Assembly: GCA_977862235.1 (NCBI GenBank)
Contig: OZ374563.1
Coordinates: 248,001 to 312,000 of the forward strand
Direction: 5' to 3'
Length of the DNA: 64,000 bases
DNA from: Dudresnaya verticillata
Lineage: Eukaryota
A program made the position numbers and the translations under genes. Below the pieces are notes generated by a model. The model was not told the origin of the DNA, did not search any database, and was given only the letters and a program-made list of their open reading frames with translations. This document shows, in pieces, positions 12,915 to 26,880 of this stretch; position 1 is the first letter of the stretch, and each line of letters opens with the position of its first letter.

Positions 12915-15900
12915 ACACTGCACTCGAGTTCAGTCATCCTTCATTCGAAAAAAAGTGTTTTTGGCGTTTTCTTCCTAAGCAGCCCTTGCGGTTTGTGGAT
13001 GAGGTCCTACATGTCTTACCTTAAAGGCTCGGTCATCCAGGGATGCAACCTCGTGCGAGTCGCCTCCAAGGTATGTTGTACCGTTGTCAGCGTCAACCGT
13101 GCAGTGCATGCAAGGGAAGCGATTTGTGGGAACTGCATTGAGATTGGGACGAAGGGAATGTGTCTTGATGGTTTTAATAGGCTCTCGACTCGAGATTCTG
13201 GCGTGAATCATAAAATATCCGGCGGCGTTCAAAAAGGGTGCCGTCCTCATGGTGCAAGCGAGTGACTGCTCGTTTGGTGATATCGGCGATTAACGTATTT
13301 TGTTTTGAGAAACCTCCACAGGCGACTTAGCCTCATCACGGGAGAGCGTCGATGTTCTTTACAACAACTCTGTCCTCTTGTGTCGGCAGCTTCGCGTTTG
13401 GTCCACAGCTCTGCAAGCTCAAACCTTTTTTTGTTTATCTTGCAGATGCGGCAGTTTTGATTGCCTGCCGTAAAAAAGATGCACCAACAGCACGACACGT
13501 TTTATTCGCCGTCGATCACCGAGATCCGCGCCACATCAGGATGACAACGGTGAACTGATAATGGTGCCATTCCTTGTGATGGTGCAAGAGATGCAACTTT
13601 ATTGGCACAATTTTCGCACGCAGCGCGCTGCCTTCGTCACGGCTTGCCACGCTCGTCGCCCACCAGCACCGGAAGCTGTTACGGACCGGCATCGCGTAAT
13701 GCTTGCATCATGAACTTTAAACACTTTCTGTTGACTTTCCCATCACGTCGAACTTTTGAAGAACCCCGGCGGCTCTTTACCAAGGCAGGACTGAACCCCA
13801 GTCAGAACCTCCTCTGGGCCGTGAAGTTGCGCCAGAGATTGTCATCAACGAGCACTGTCAACATGAACATGCCGTACTGTACTATGCGGACAATTGCGGT
13901 AAGACAAGATATAGGAAGGAAGGAATCCATGGTTCCTGAATAGCTTCAACTCTGAAATATCTTCTCTGACTTGCAGCCTTGAACGATGGCTATCATCCCT
14001 CGGGTCAATATTGCACCCTCGTGCCAGGGGAGAACCTTCACTAAGCCTCCACTCGCTGGAGCACGGATCGTCCGAGACTTCCGAAACTACGGACGTCCGA
14101 GGGCAGGGGCATCGAGCGGGGATTCAGTTACTGTGAAAAATGTACAAACACGTAACAGCGTAAACGTTATTTCGAACGTTGTGGGACTACACTCCTTGAG
14201 CATCGAGATGCTACATGTATTGTGTCCAAGTGTTAAGAAAACAAACGAGCGGTGCAGAGTAGCACCGCTCTAATGAGTCTCGCTTCGCCCCGTGGTGACG
14301 CAGCTGTCCCGCTCCGAAAAAAGAACAGGAACAAGTGCGTACGCGCACAGGCAAATCGTGGCTGAGATAGTTTTTATTAATGTGATCCATCTTGCATCAC
14401 AACAATCACTCCCCCTTGCAGGAGCCGCTGTTTTTTGCCGCTGCGCCTCTATTGTAGTACTGGTATGCACATTCTTTTTACTGCTTGCTGCTCCAGTACG
14501 CATATATGTCGGAAGAACTGTCGTACCGCAGTAGACCGTAGAACAGCTGTAGCTTCTATATTCTATTTAACACAATTGGATGCATTAAAAAGCCGTTTGC
14601 ATACAGTCGTGCTTTTCGCTTTCAGCGAAGGCAAAATAATGTGAGATGTGCACTAAAGATAACATTGATGCCACGTTGATGGTTATTCCGGAGAACGTGT
14701 GGTCAAAGAGGTATAGAAAGAAATTAACGGGCACCACCTCTATCTTGCTGCAAATAAAAAGGGCACGGTTGGTCTCTGAGAATGATTTATGAGTCTACAG
14801 CGGCTAACTTTATATCAGTCGCGCCAAGGATAATAATTCACGCTTTCAAAGGAGCTCTAACTCCTTGCTTGAAAGCAGAATGACCTCACATCGGCACCAC
14901 TTGCGTAGTAGCAAATTGCAAAGTAAACGCAATCGGCGCAAAAAGGTTGCTTCACCCCTACGAAGGAAAGCGTGTCTGCCAACCCAGGGGGACCTCTCGA
15001 ACAGGTAGTAGCGAGCGCATGGTATGCACTCTCACAACGACTACGAAAAGCGGTCTCCACAATGAGGGATGGGGAAATCATTGCTGCAATGAACTTGCTG
15101 TTGATGGGGAAAGCTTGATGGGCGAAAGCTGGAGCTGCTTGAGCGGGTTGCCCGTGCTCCTGCTTTCTCTCGCAAGCTGTCTTTTCCGACTTTCCCCTTC
15201 CTCTGGCATACTCTATAGTCTCAAAGAGAAAACGACATGTACTTGCGCACACACAGCCATCTGTGAGCCTGCAGTAGCGTGTGCCTCACGACTGATGCGG
15301 CACGCCCATGTCGGCTCTGACTGTCGCCTGTATGCGAGCTACAGTATGATAGGGCGGCAATGTCTGCGCGTGTGGGCCTGGACATCTTCGTCCGGCAGAC
15401 GAGAATGCCTCACCATTGGAGTCGTCCGGAGGACGACCGCCCTAGAAGCCGTTTGTGTTGTGTGCGATGTCTTTTTTGGGATGGTCAACCATGCCGCGGC
15501 TTGCTGTGGCAAGCAGAGCAGCGTCCGGCTGACGTTCAATACGCAAGCAGACAATGTGGCAAGTTCCATCTTCTCGCTCCGCCTCGCAGACCGTCGCACA
15601 CCGTCGAAACCCATGTGGCTGCAGTGAAGGTGTGGGCGCGAGCAAGCCGACAAGAGCCAAAACATCCGCTGCGCTTGATTTTTTTTGTCCACAGCCCGTT
15701 TCTAGACTGTCAGGCTGCGTCGTCAAACGCCGCCTCTTCTATGAGGGTGTGTCAGCGGCCTGCTGGGGGTGATACAACACTCTTAACATTCTCTTTCTCG
15801 CCCGCCGCTTCCGCCGCCGTGTCCGCTGCCGCGGCGGGGCCGGCGGAAGCAGCCAGAAGCGATGTCGCCGATGCGAGGCACGTGTGTCTTTATCTTGGAA

Positions 15901-18592
15901 ACGTTTGCCCATTGGGATTGCATGAGTTGCCAGCCCTGTTAAAGCACTCGCAGCTGACGCCACCTCGAGCCCTCAACAGAGCCGCGGCCCTTAATTGTTC
16001 TAATGAGCCTAGCCCCGCTTCCCACAGCGCCCGCACGACCAGACACCACAGACAAACGTTCTTGCGCTGTGTTTGAATGCGAAGCAAGCTGCCCGGAGAC
16101 CAACCAGGCGGGGACGGGTGTTTTGTCTTATTTGACGTGTGCACACGTGGATTTACAGTCGCGCAGGCGATTGTGCATGTTCTGACCTGGTTCGCGGACG
16201 GTGTCACAGCGTTGTCTCTAGTCAACAAGACTTTTTTGCGCTTGCACAATCACGAAGTTGCTTGACCGGGTTCCCACATACGACCCCTTAATGAATGAGC
16301 CTAGAAGAACACCCTATTTTGCCTTACTGACTGTAGGGAGTTCAGCTTAAGTCCCTTGGACCCTTATTGCGCGTGTCCGATATGTACCTTGTATGTACAA
16401 TTGAGCTACATTGCACGCATTTTATCAAGGTGATACCGATTTTTGCCACAAGAGATGGACGCTGCAGACGCCAATGTCAGAAAAGGGGCCAAAAACAAGA
16501 AGATTATGCGGTTGTCGCGACGGGGGCACTCACATTGTAGCAATTCGAGGGACAATCACCATAGAACCGTTTTCGCCCGGTAAGGTGACTTAAAACACTG
16601 CCAGAATAGTTCCGTATTGCATCTAGACACGCGTGCACCCTCGAGGGGCCACAATTTCATAGTATGGCCGAAGCGGCGGGCTCGAGCCACCACAATCATC
16701 AGGAAGGGGGCTGGAGACACGATCGTATTGCGCTACTGGATTAAAACGATGAAGGGGTATTGCGTTTAGCAGTTGCAGTTGCTGCTGACAGGGACGAAGC
16801 TGTTGTTCTTCTGAGTAGTTGTCGAACGAGCGCTGCGAGCATGTCAGCAAGAACTCGTGTCGAGGACATCGGAGCAGTTGTACCGAGCGCATCCGCCACT
16901 GCGCTGTGTCCGCTTGGAGGTCCGGGACGCCGATGAGTGTTTGGCCGATTCTCAGTGGCGCTCTGCATTTAGGACAAGACGTAAAACTCTGTCGTTCAAA
17001 AAAAACTCCCCATCTCGTCGCGGGCGATTACACCCATTCGAGGGTGGGCGCGGTTACGAGCGGCTATTTGCAGAATACGCTCGAAAGCGTGGTCTTGACT
17101 GGACCCAGCGAGCAGTCTTTATCCACAAAGCGGATGGAAGTCATGTCGGGGTCTTTGTGTTTGCTAAAGCGTCTAGTATACGTGTATTTGTGGCGTGTGC
17201 AAGAAGGTCTTTTTGTATACAACTGGTGGCAATCTTAGTGGCACAGACGCCGGGAGTGGAGGAAAAAAGGGTTGAGCTGAAAACTTGACCGGTCTCGGGA
17301 AGAAAAAAGCCGCCAAAGCGGGTGCAGGGCGCAGGTCGACCAATGCAGGCACGTGGAACACAGGACATTCCCCAGGCTCCGCAAAAACCAAGTTACAGTG
17401 GCAGCTGTTTATATAGTTTTCAATGTGTTCACAGTGCGCTCGAGCGCGCTGCGCGCGGAGACGAAAGCGCCTGTAAACCGGAGTGCGCGTGACGACGGGG
17501 GCGGAACTTGCAGAAAGGCCAACCCGGTGTCGACTTTGCACGACTGCGGGCTGCGGGCTGCTGTCGCTCTGCTCTTCTACTCGCTCCTTTGCGCCGGGTG
17601 GAAGCCCCGCCTCGCGGGGAAACAGGAACAGCGCCTACTACTGCGGACGCTTTGTCCATGGCTGGTTATCGATACACGACGCTATTTTGTATAAAAAGGC
17701 TGCGTCAATGTGCGTTGGAGCTTCCGCCCTTGCGCATCGGCGGGCGTACCAGCGTTCGCGAGCGGCGCTGCGTATATGCTCTCACGCCCTTGCTTTGTCT
17801 CAAGACGCTCCCCCGGCGCTCGGCTCGGGACTGGGGTTTGTTCAGTGCGCGACGGCTGTCGACTAAGGAAGCAGCGCTCGCGCTACCATATCTCAGCTGC
17901 GTGCGTGCATGTGTGCGATCAGGGCGAGGCTGGAAGCTTCTCCGGGCTGGAAGGAGAGCGGGGCAGGGCTGCGGCGTGGGCTTTGGTCTCGCGGGCGAAG
18001 AAGACGACGCGCAGAGGTGACGCAACGCGGTCTACCTGTCGGCGCTTCTCAGCCTTGTCGATGTGCACGCAAGGCCAGGTCGCAAAAGATGCAGGGTGGG
18101 AATCGTGAGAAGACTTGTACCGCGGGGGTGGGGGTGTGCGGGTGCGCAAGCACGCGGCGGCAATGGTGCTTGCGTTGAGTGTTTGTTTTTGAAGGCAGAT
18201 CAAGATTGATTGCACGGACGGTAACGGCTCTCAGCGAGTGGTGAGATGGATCGCGGGCCACGGCGGCGAGGCGTTTCAAACGCGTGCGCTGGTATGAGGC
18301 TGCAAATTGTACGGGTGGTAGATCCATTAAACACACACGCGCCTTTTCATTCCAACAATCTCCACCGCGCCGCGGACGCCATTCCCAACACCGAAGCAGC
18401 CGGAGTCCCTGCGGCTTCGCTTTGAACGCTCGCCACCGCCCTCCAACCGTCGTTCTACACACTACTATTTATTAGTCCCACCCATCTCGGTCTAGCCCCC
18501 CCCCCCCCCCCCCAGCCACACCGTCCAAACTCGCACCCCTAACCGCCCCTCCTACGCCTTTCTTCCCCAACCCACCCCCTCACCAACCCGCA

Positions 18593-18799
18593 ATGTCTTT
18601 CCTGCGCACCCTGCTCCTGCTGTCCCTGTCCTTGGCGCTTCTTATCGCCTCGGAAGCCCGCTTCCTGCGCCCCGTCGAGCGGAAACAACCCCCGGCTGAC
18701 GTCCCCGCCGACGCTATGCCCGTCGTGGTACAGCGTGGGGGAATCGCCCCGGAGCCTTCTATGATCGCTCGCCCGGTCCTGGCTGACCCCATCGTCTAG
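18593..18799 (+). CDS. Small secreted Pro-rich peptide precursor (68 aa)
   Basis: Signal peptide MSFLRTLLLLSLSLALLIASEA|R, GC3-rich codons, a C-rich leader with a C18 tract at 18496-18513 and an AT-rich TATA-like element near 18465. Confidence 0.7.
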   Translation: MSFLRTLLLLSLSLALLIASEARFLRPVERKQPPADVPADAMPVVVQRGGIAPEPSMIARPVLADPIV

Positions 18800-19899
18800 T
18801 GTTGCCCCCGCTTTGACGTCCCGGTCGTCCGCTTCGGGCGCCCTCGCGCACGCACACTCCCGTCGGCCAACGCCGCTCAGGTGCCCTGCCGCTCAGGTCG
18901 CTCAGGTTTTGCTTTCTCCTCTCCTACCCCTCCGCCGGGAGTTTCACGTCCTCCTGTCGGGTCTTTCCCTTCCACTTGAACACTGTCTTGTCCTAGTGAC
19001 CTCTCTTCATGCAGGCTTGGTCGTGTGACTCTTCGCTGCCACTGTGCTCTGCTGTTTTGGGAGCTGTCGCTGTTTATATCCTGGTCTTGGAGATGGTCCG
19101 CAGTCCGTCTTTGTCTATCATTCACCTTCCGTCGCCGTTGTCGGCTTAACAAAGCCGTCATCCCGTTGTTGGCGGTTTCCTCCGTCTTTGCAACCTGTTC
19201 TATACATTACTAGTTTCTAGTATCCTAGCCTTGTTAAAAACTCTTCTTTCTTCATGACTTGCCCATCTTACTGCACTACATCTCATCAACAAAACCGAAG
19301 CCCATGGCAAACAAATTTTCCTCAAGTTCGCATTCTTCGCCCGCAAGCCTCAACAACGTACGCGAGCGCTATCGCGCCATGCTGGCGACGGCGACGGCGA
19401 CGGCGACGGAGCAACAGTCGCCCGCCCTCCTGACACTGCACGAGGGGAAGGACTCCCGAGCGTGCACGCAACGCTCCGCTCACGAAGGAGAAGCAAAAAA
19501 GTGCCTGTCGAATTGTTTCGCGAGAGCCTAGCCGGCTGCAGCGACAACCCGGGTATGGCGTGTCAGGAAAAGTGCACCCTCTCGCAAACAGCAGCCCACC
19601 GCGAGATGCCCTCCCTGTGATAGCCATACCAAGCGCGACCCACGCAGCCAAGGACGCCGAATTGTATGTACACGAGCGAATGTGTGTTTGTCTGTCAGCC
19701 ATCAAAAGTCGCTCTATCGCACGTGGGTCTGCACCGCTTCCCACGCTCCCCACCTTCACCGCTGCGGCTCGCATACGTTTCATCACATGGCGAATTTGGG
19801 GTCTGAGAGAGGCACCCGTGCCTGTAAATAATGGCACTATGGTACAATAAGTAGCGCAGCAAACGCGAGGTTGCGAAAATATCGCGAAGTATCAACAAA

Positions 19900-20600
19900 T
19901 TAGCCCTGGCGCGCTACCACGCACGGCCCATGCCCTGCCTGTCGACAAACAATGGCCGCCGTCGTAACATGTTGGGACCAGGCTCGAAAAGCTATTCGAA
20001 TCGTTAGCATGCGAGCGCTTTGATTCACCCACTGGGCAGCGGCAAACACCCACTTCAAGTTCTGCCTCTTTGCCTCTTGATGACCGTCTTCCTTTGCTGC
20101 GTTTGCAGCCTCCTGTACCGTATCTGTCCCCAGAATCTCTTTCTTAAATACTGCAGCCTCGAATTCCACTGTACTACACGAAGCAAGGCTTGTGTGCGCT
20201 TTTCCGCCACAATGTGGTTAACAATACCATTGGAAAGGGTGGGTACTGTCACATACTGTGCCTTTTAGTATTTGGTCGACCCCGAAGAGCACGATTTTGG
20301 AGGACGAACGGACGATAAGAATTGGGTTCCCATTTCGCTATGCGTCCTAGCTTCTGTAAGAAGAATTGCAGTCACCACTGACTACTCCTTGACGCAACAC
20401 CCCTGACGTAAAGCACCTGGCCAGATCAACGACTGCTACTGCTAGAATAATAGGAGGGGCTTATAGAGAGAATAATGATTCCTGATCCATGCCTGCAGTC
20501 GTAAATAATTAAGCGTATTTCATAACATAAAGGTCCTCAGTTTGTTGATGTCGTTCTGATATCTACAAATTGCCCCCGCTTCCGGTACCTGTAACAACGA
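19900..20600 (-). mobile_element. Degenerate pogo/Tigger-like DDE_1 transposase remnant
   Basis: A frameshifted LQxMDQxII-like motif at ~20474-20498 and a downstream AAAQWVNQSARMLTIRIAFRA segment resemble the DDE_1 C-terminus. Many stops. Confidence 0.4.
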
Positions 20601-23422
20601 AATGGCGGTGACCCGCGCATTTATAACAAGAATTGAAAAAGCCTGAACATCTTATTTTGCACGTTCCACGCCTGTCCTTGAAGCTGTCTCACTCTTGGAC
20701 TCGTTTCACTGTTGATATTCACAGCTACCTTCGCGGTGAGTCAGCACGGGTGGTGAAGAAATCGGCCCGGTGGCTCGCATTTTAGCCATATTCCTGTCTT
20801 TCTAAGTCTAAAACTCAGCAAAGCAGCGGGGGCTCAGAGATTGCGGCACGAACCTCAAACTGACTCGTCCGGTCGCCACCATCATCAGAAAGAATGACTG
20901 AAACAGCTTGACCAGCTGGCGCTACCGCAGTTTTGTATTAAAAAAAGTCTATCCACCACCCAGGACAAGGACACCAACTCTGTTGACTGACCCGCCCTCA
21001 TTCGGCACGCCATCGTGTCTGACAGTTATAGCGTTGTGTGGTCAGTCATTCATTCACGGAGCCTCGGCCCTGTCCAATTCGCACATGGCGGTCAGATCAG
21101 ACCTGCGGCGGGGCGGTACTAAACCAAAACAAAGCAAATGAAGCTACCAATGTGCGGGTTACAGACGCCCGGCGTTGGCCGTGTTCGCGGGCGCAAGTGC
21201 GCTGGTTGTGTCTCGTGGATGCCGCGGTTCGTGCGGTTGTCCCGCGGGCGGTTATTGGGGCCCGGAGGACGTGCCACTTGCGCGCGTCTCGCTGTCCGCG
21301 CCCAACCGCGCCGCGCTGTGTATGCGCCGTGTCCACCGCGCGCGCCGTGCCGCGCCGTGTCGAAGAGCGACGTGCCGTAGCGCATCTCGCGCAATACGAC
21401 TCTCGACACCACCTTCTGAATTTGCGGCATGCATCTATCTTTTTGGGCCGCTTTGCAAACGTGCCACCTATTCTTCTTGCATCCTTATCTATCCGTACCA
21501 TCACCCGACGCGATGGTCTCCCGCCATGGCCTCACACCTGCTAGCCCCATCTGCGACACCATCTGCACCATCCCAGGACAACTACAACACCCTTGCACAA
21601 ATGAGAACTAAGCACTCGTTATAGCCTACCTAAATTTTAAACTTGTACATCCATCCTGGCTGGAGTGCCGCCCTGCTTCGCACCTCGAATTCGAATCGCA
21701 CGCTACCTCAGGCATCCATCTTTCCCCCGCGTGGAGAGTCACTTTATTCCCTCACACTCACAGTCAGACCCACATCACTGAAGCTCGTGCTCCTGCTTCT
21801 AGAAATCCTGCTCGCCACCCTTGCATAGAAACGCTTCTTCGTTGCGTCTTTAGTACGCTCCTCGTTCACAAAACACCATCTTGAGACAACTTACAATCGC
21901 GAGGCATCACCATCCTTCCCCTGCACTGTCCATGTTCGCGTTCTTGAATCAACTCCGCTATTTGCTCTTAGAAAGCTCCCACAAACCCGTTCCAACACCC
22001 CTTCAAGGTCAACGCTGCTCCTGTTTTGGCTGCTGAATCAGCGCTCTCTGTCACCTTCTTGCATCCGCTCCACTGCTCGTTCACACAGCTCAGTTATTGT
22101 TCACTCATCTCAAGCCGTTGTTCACAAAGTTCCAACGATATTTCGCATTCCCATGTTCTTCATCTCATTCTGACCGCACAAGTCTCAAGGAAAATCCCCG
22201 CTCCGTCCACTGTTATCTGTGTACGTACCACTACAAGCCCAAACCTCTCAAAAAAAATAAATGCAACTCGAGCAATGTCTCCAGCAACAAAATGATCCGG
22301 GTGTGTCGCTCTGACCAATTAAAATATCCGAACCGGAACTAATTCACAGAGCTGCTATTGTACTTACTGTATCACATCACAAAACGTGTGTGCATTGGTT
22401 CCACCATGTAATCTGCGAGGGGCTCACAGGGGCCTGCCAGGCGACAGCCTACTGCGCACTTCGCAAAACTTCCGTAGCAACATCGATCACAAGAACATTT
22501 GTTCTGACAAGCCAACTAGCTGAGCGCAAAAAACTCAGCGATTGTTGCGGAAGCCGTACTATCTGGTTTCGTTGAATCTTGCTTTCGTTACCCTCTCATC
22601 TTACGTATATACACGTATGCTCTTCGACGAATAAGACTAGGGAACTTTGCAAATCGCTAAATGACTAGCTATGTATGTACACAGTCCACCCGTGAAAGTT
22701 ACAGCTGCAGAGAAATACTGGGTTTGTGGGCGGGGGGAAGGACCTTTTTTCAATACAATCTGATCCAGGTAAGTAAGCAATGACGCACTTAATTCCAAAG
22801 GCTTTTATTGTGCTGTAAAAGGTACCCGGCCCGATTATCATATTCTCATCAACACACGACAGCCATCAATCTCGCCTTGCATGTTACGTTTGCTTCATAT
22901 ATTGGTAGATTGCTGTAGAAGCTTGATGTGAAGCACTTCCCACTATCTTCTTGAACCTCAGCTGTTACTGCAGTTTGTTTGCAAGAAAAACGGACTGTGT
23001 CTTTAATACCTGGGCGACTATTCCAAGCCTTTATTTCTTAAACATCACCGCATCTCCAGGTTAATTCTCGCTTGCTTTGTTCACTCGCCCGAGCATCACG
23101 TTGATGATCTTCTGCCGTGATCAATATCACAAAACACTTGCGGCAAACCACTATACCAACGTTAGTAAGGCATTTGCCAAAGAATGCGAGTTCCCAAAAG
23201 TATCTCCTTTACTATGTAGCCCAAATTTTGCTTTTTAAGAATGAAGGTGCGCTTACAAGACTATAGCATGATTGAAACATTACTTGTACATGTCTGGAAT
23301 ACTTAAAGTCATATCTTCACAAAAACCTTTGCTTTCTCATTATCCTTTTTTCAAACGCTTTTTGAATCAAAGCCAAACTGGTACCCACGAATGTTTTGGG
23401 CCACGGCTACAGCACTTACAAG

Positions 23423-24049
23423 CAGGGCTGTCGGGCAATTAATTGCAATAGCAATATATTGCAATACACAATAGCAATAGCACATTTAGTTACTGAATGC
23501 AAATTGCAATTCTTGTTGCAGTGACATTGCATATTGCAATGCCTATTGGGTTGAGTAGTAATATTGGAAGCCCTATTGTTAATTGCAGTATACGAGACGC
23601 ATATGTGCGGCTTTTGAGGGCTCGCGGTATCTGTAGTGTTGGATCCCGGGAATGCGGCGTTTTCTACCCCACATTGTAAATTGCATTGCAGTCAAGAAAG
23701 GGGCCTCCCACCTCGCTGAAAAGGTTGCTTTATTAACGTCCCTTACTACTGCTCTCGTTTTTCAACGTGTTGCAGTCAGTGTGAGTGGCAGCAACTTATC
23801 CCCTCCTCCTGCTATGTGTCCTGGTAATTGGACCCTTTCCAAGGGTTGCTCCTTAGATTAAAATAAAGGTGTATGTTTATCTTCTTAAGAATGGATGAAC
23901 GGTTTAGGGACGCGCATCTTGTTTCTCATGGAATACAAGATGTTCGTTCTGCCCGTGTGGTTACCAGACTTCAACAGCATACCGTTCCGTAGGCCCATAA
24001 AACAATAACGTATTGCACAAACGTATTGCACGACGTAGGAATATATGCT

Positions 24050-24091
<42 letters not shown>

Positions 24092-25530
24092 ATATTGCAT
24101 ATTGCAATATCTATTGCTGAAGAGGAGAGCATGGGTGCAACATATTGCTTGTTGCAGTTGTGCGAGCAATAACTTGCGGTGTTTGCTTGCAGCTACAACA
24201 ACTACACAGCACATTATTGTTTCTCAGAAGATGAAGCTCCTTACGCTTGCTTAGGCTCCCTAGAATTTTCGTTTGCTCGAGAGTATCCTGTCCTGAGATT
24301 GTGACAGGGTCACCAGTCAAATCTGATGTTGAAGGGTCGGACTCTTCGTATCACTAGTGCTGTATTGGAAACAAGTTCCAGATCTTTACCGAACAGACAT
24401 AAACTCACGAAGCCATTTCAATGCTATGAAATGCTTTACGAAAGGCTTAATAAAATTTGCGAGTCTTACTGCTAAATCCTCTCCGTATGCATCTATAGGG
24501 AAAGTTTGATCCTCAATAATGCCGCGCAAGCGCGCTGGAACAAGTTGTTCTGGACAAACGCAAATCAAAAATATTCTCCAATACCGTATTCACTCCATGA
24601 TGCATGGCTCCTCGCCAATGCTTTTGTTTTTCGGAGTATGCAATGTGCGCAATGTGCGGTTGAGGTTTAATATAGCACTAACGTGGTCCGTTGTCTGACC
24701 ACTGACATAGTGAGGCTGGCCGGACCTGATTTCATTTTGAGCATCAGCAGTCAACCTGTCTTGGCGCTCAAGTGCTGCTGTAGCTACAACCAGAGCTTTT
24801 AGCTCCATAGCAGTACTTTATGCGTCTTCATCGCCCTCATCCTCATCCTCAGTCCGACTGCCATTCCCAGACGGTATGCAAGTTGAGGGGGATATTACTC
24901 CAGAATTTAAGCAAAAATCGATTTCGCTGGAAATAATGAGTATGAAAGTATGCGTTTTTACGTTACATGCTGACTGCAGGCCGTATCGGACTGATACTAC
25001 TAGTATTCGCCTTTTATACGTCAGGAACTTCAGTATGGAACGAACTGAGATATGCATGGTATGAGGTATGCATCGAACGGGCAAATACAATTGTGTTACA
25101 GAATTGCATAAAGGATTGGATTTAGATCCAATCCAGTCAAACAACCACAACCACAACAGAGAGGCCCTCAGGGCATCCATGAGGTTTTTTTAGATAATAA
25201 TAATAATTTATGCTTCCCATGATACTCAATGTAAGCACTGTACTCGCTTGTATGGTCTGCAGCGTTGTTCTGGAGAATTGCTGAGGAGCTCTTCAGGTAA
25301 CCCTCGTTAGGGCAAGCGGCAACTGCCCACCTTAACAATTCAGCCCTAAATAAGAAGTGGGTTACTAGAACATCGCTTGTCGACTGGGCGTTTTGTATTG
25401 GGTTCGGTTCTCGTCTTAAAATAGCTAATGCTCGCCAAGTTTCTTTCCGTTGGATATTGCAATGAGCATGTCCAGATGCATCATTTACCCTTAGGACTGA
25501 GGACTAAATTATGAACTGCAATGCCTATTG
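23423..25530. mobile_element. Probable degenerate DNA transposon (hAT-like end) with ATTGCAAT-type subterminal repeats
   Basis: Begins CAGGGCTG, followed by dense attgcaat/gcaata repeats (23435-23590, 24000-24200, 25455-25530). Internal minus-strand ORF fragments are broken. No convincing right TIR or TSD was found. Confidence 0.3.
24050..24088. repeat. Poly-G tract (39 nt)
   Basis: Uninterrupted G run. Confidence 0.95.
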
Positions 25531-25978
25531 GAGGTGAGAATACTCCGTACAGTACTGCGAGAAGCAAAAGTTCTCTTTCAGTATCTTCTCACTGAAGCAA
25601 TAACAAGCTCGGAGGAGCCTAGAGTAGGCCTCCAATCATACGTTGGGCGCGCATCGTTTCTGCAGCTTTGCAGATCAGCCAAATGCCCGCCAAAATGCCA
25701 AGCTCTAGTCTCTCATTGGCTGCTATATCATTGATCTGCTAACGGCTCACGCTCAGTTTGCCCCGGTAATTTTAGGTTCATTTAAACTCTTGGTGATCCG
25801 TTTCGAATACAGTCACTGTACGGAGTGCTTTGCTTCTCACGCTGCATGTTGATGTCAATACGTTCGGTATCAGTCATGGTCTCGAGAGCCTACTCGGAAC
25901 TCTCCCATCCCTTTTGAACGACCCTTCGAGCCCGAACACTGCTCCCGCTCTTGGTATCAAGCCAGCAGCAGAACATCC

Positions 25979-26880
25979 TTGGACCACACCGCTGTACTAA
26001 CCTCATTCTCCAAGCTCACTTTCGAAATGGATACCCTTCTTGGCATGTTTGCTGCCGAACACGAAAACCATGTCGAGCAAATTGCAGATCTCGCCGGAAG
26101 CCCACGCATTTGCTGTTGCGGGGACAATGACTGCGAAGAGGAGTCTGACGACGACAGCAATGCTCTTTTGCAGAAAGACGATCAACAACAGCTGAAGGAT
26201 GCCTCAGAAGAAATCATTCGCAATGTCCCGCAGTTCCTGACATACTTTGTCCCGAAGAAAATGCTGGTTTCAGATTCTAAGTGGCGGAAAATCTTGACAT
26301 CGATACGCACTTTCTATAACTGGGCTCTCAAACAGCAGCTGATCAAAGAGAATAGGGCCATGAAGAGTGCACTTCTCAAACTGCGCCAACTCCCACTCAG
26401 GTCCCTGCCGGAAATGATCACCTGCCTCGGCCGACAGCGCTATGGGACAAACTGGAAATTGGGGAGGAAGAGCACGTGAAGAACATTGAGAACACAATCA
26501 ACAACTGGCGTACCTTCCAAACAGAGTGGATGTACAGCGAAAGCGCTAGAAGGATCAGTTCCGATAACGAAGATACCTACGAAAAGGTGTTGGGAATGGA
26601 TGTCCGTCTCGAGGTTCAGGAAATTCGTGAAGACGGCTGGCTGCTACAGCGTGTTAACGGTCCAGGCTTCTATATAGACGAGAAGGTGTTTGACAAGGTT
26701 TTCCTCCGACTACCGAAATACGTCGCCGACTGTGGAGTTTTAGGTCTCGCCCTTTCCTGTATGAATATGGCGCTTCGCAGTGGCGTCTGGAGGCCGCTTG
26801 CTTGGGACAATGTGTTCGCTGCGAATGCATATCCGTCACTTGAAATGTTTGAGCTAGGCAGTCGCTATTGTCAGCTGTAA
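25979..26880 (+). pseudogene. Single hypothetical gene split by a 1-nt frameshift (pseudogene or assembly error)
   Basis: Two overlapping ORFs. Adding one T at ~26443 (cgc tat ggg -> cgc tat tgg gac aaa) joins them as RY-WDKLEIGEEEHVKNIEN. The start codon is uncertain. Confidence 0.6.

Noticed and set aside
12437..13950. ORFs of 166 and 215 aa as a transposase or other gene
   Set aside because: No recognisable DDE or other motif and atypical composition; probably decayed sequence.
15300..16260. Possible ALOG/tyrosine-recombinase-like fragment on the minus strand (KTKH, GSLEQLRAA, CNPNG)
   Set aside because: Only scattered short resemblances with wrong spacing, so it cannot be supported without an HMM search.
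16450..17290. Possible lipase class 3 remnant (IVAIRGT, TPHLVAGDYTH) or SET-like fragment
   Set aside because: No GxSxG or NHS motif was found, and the two readings conflict.
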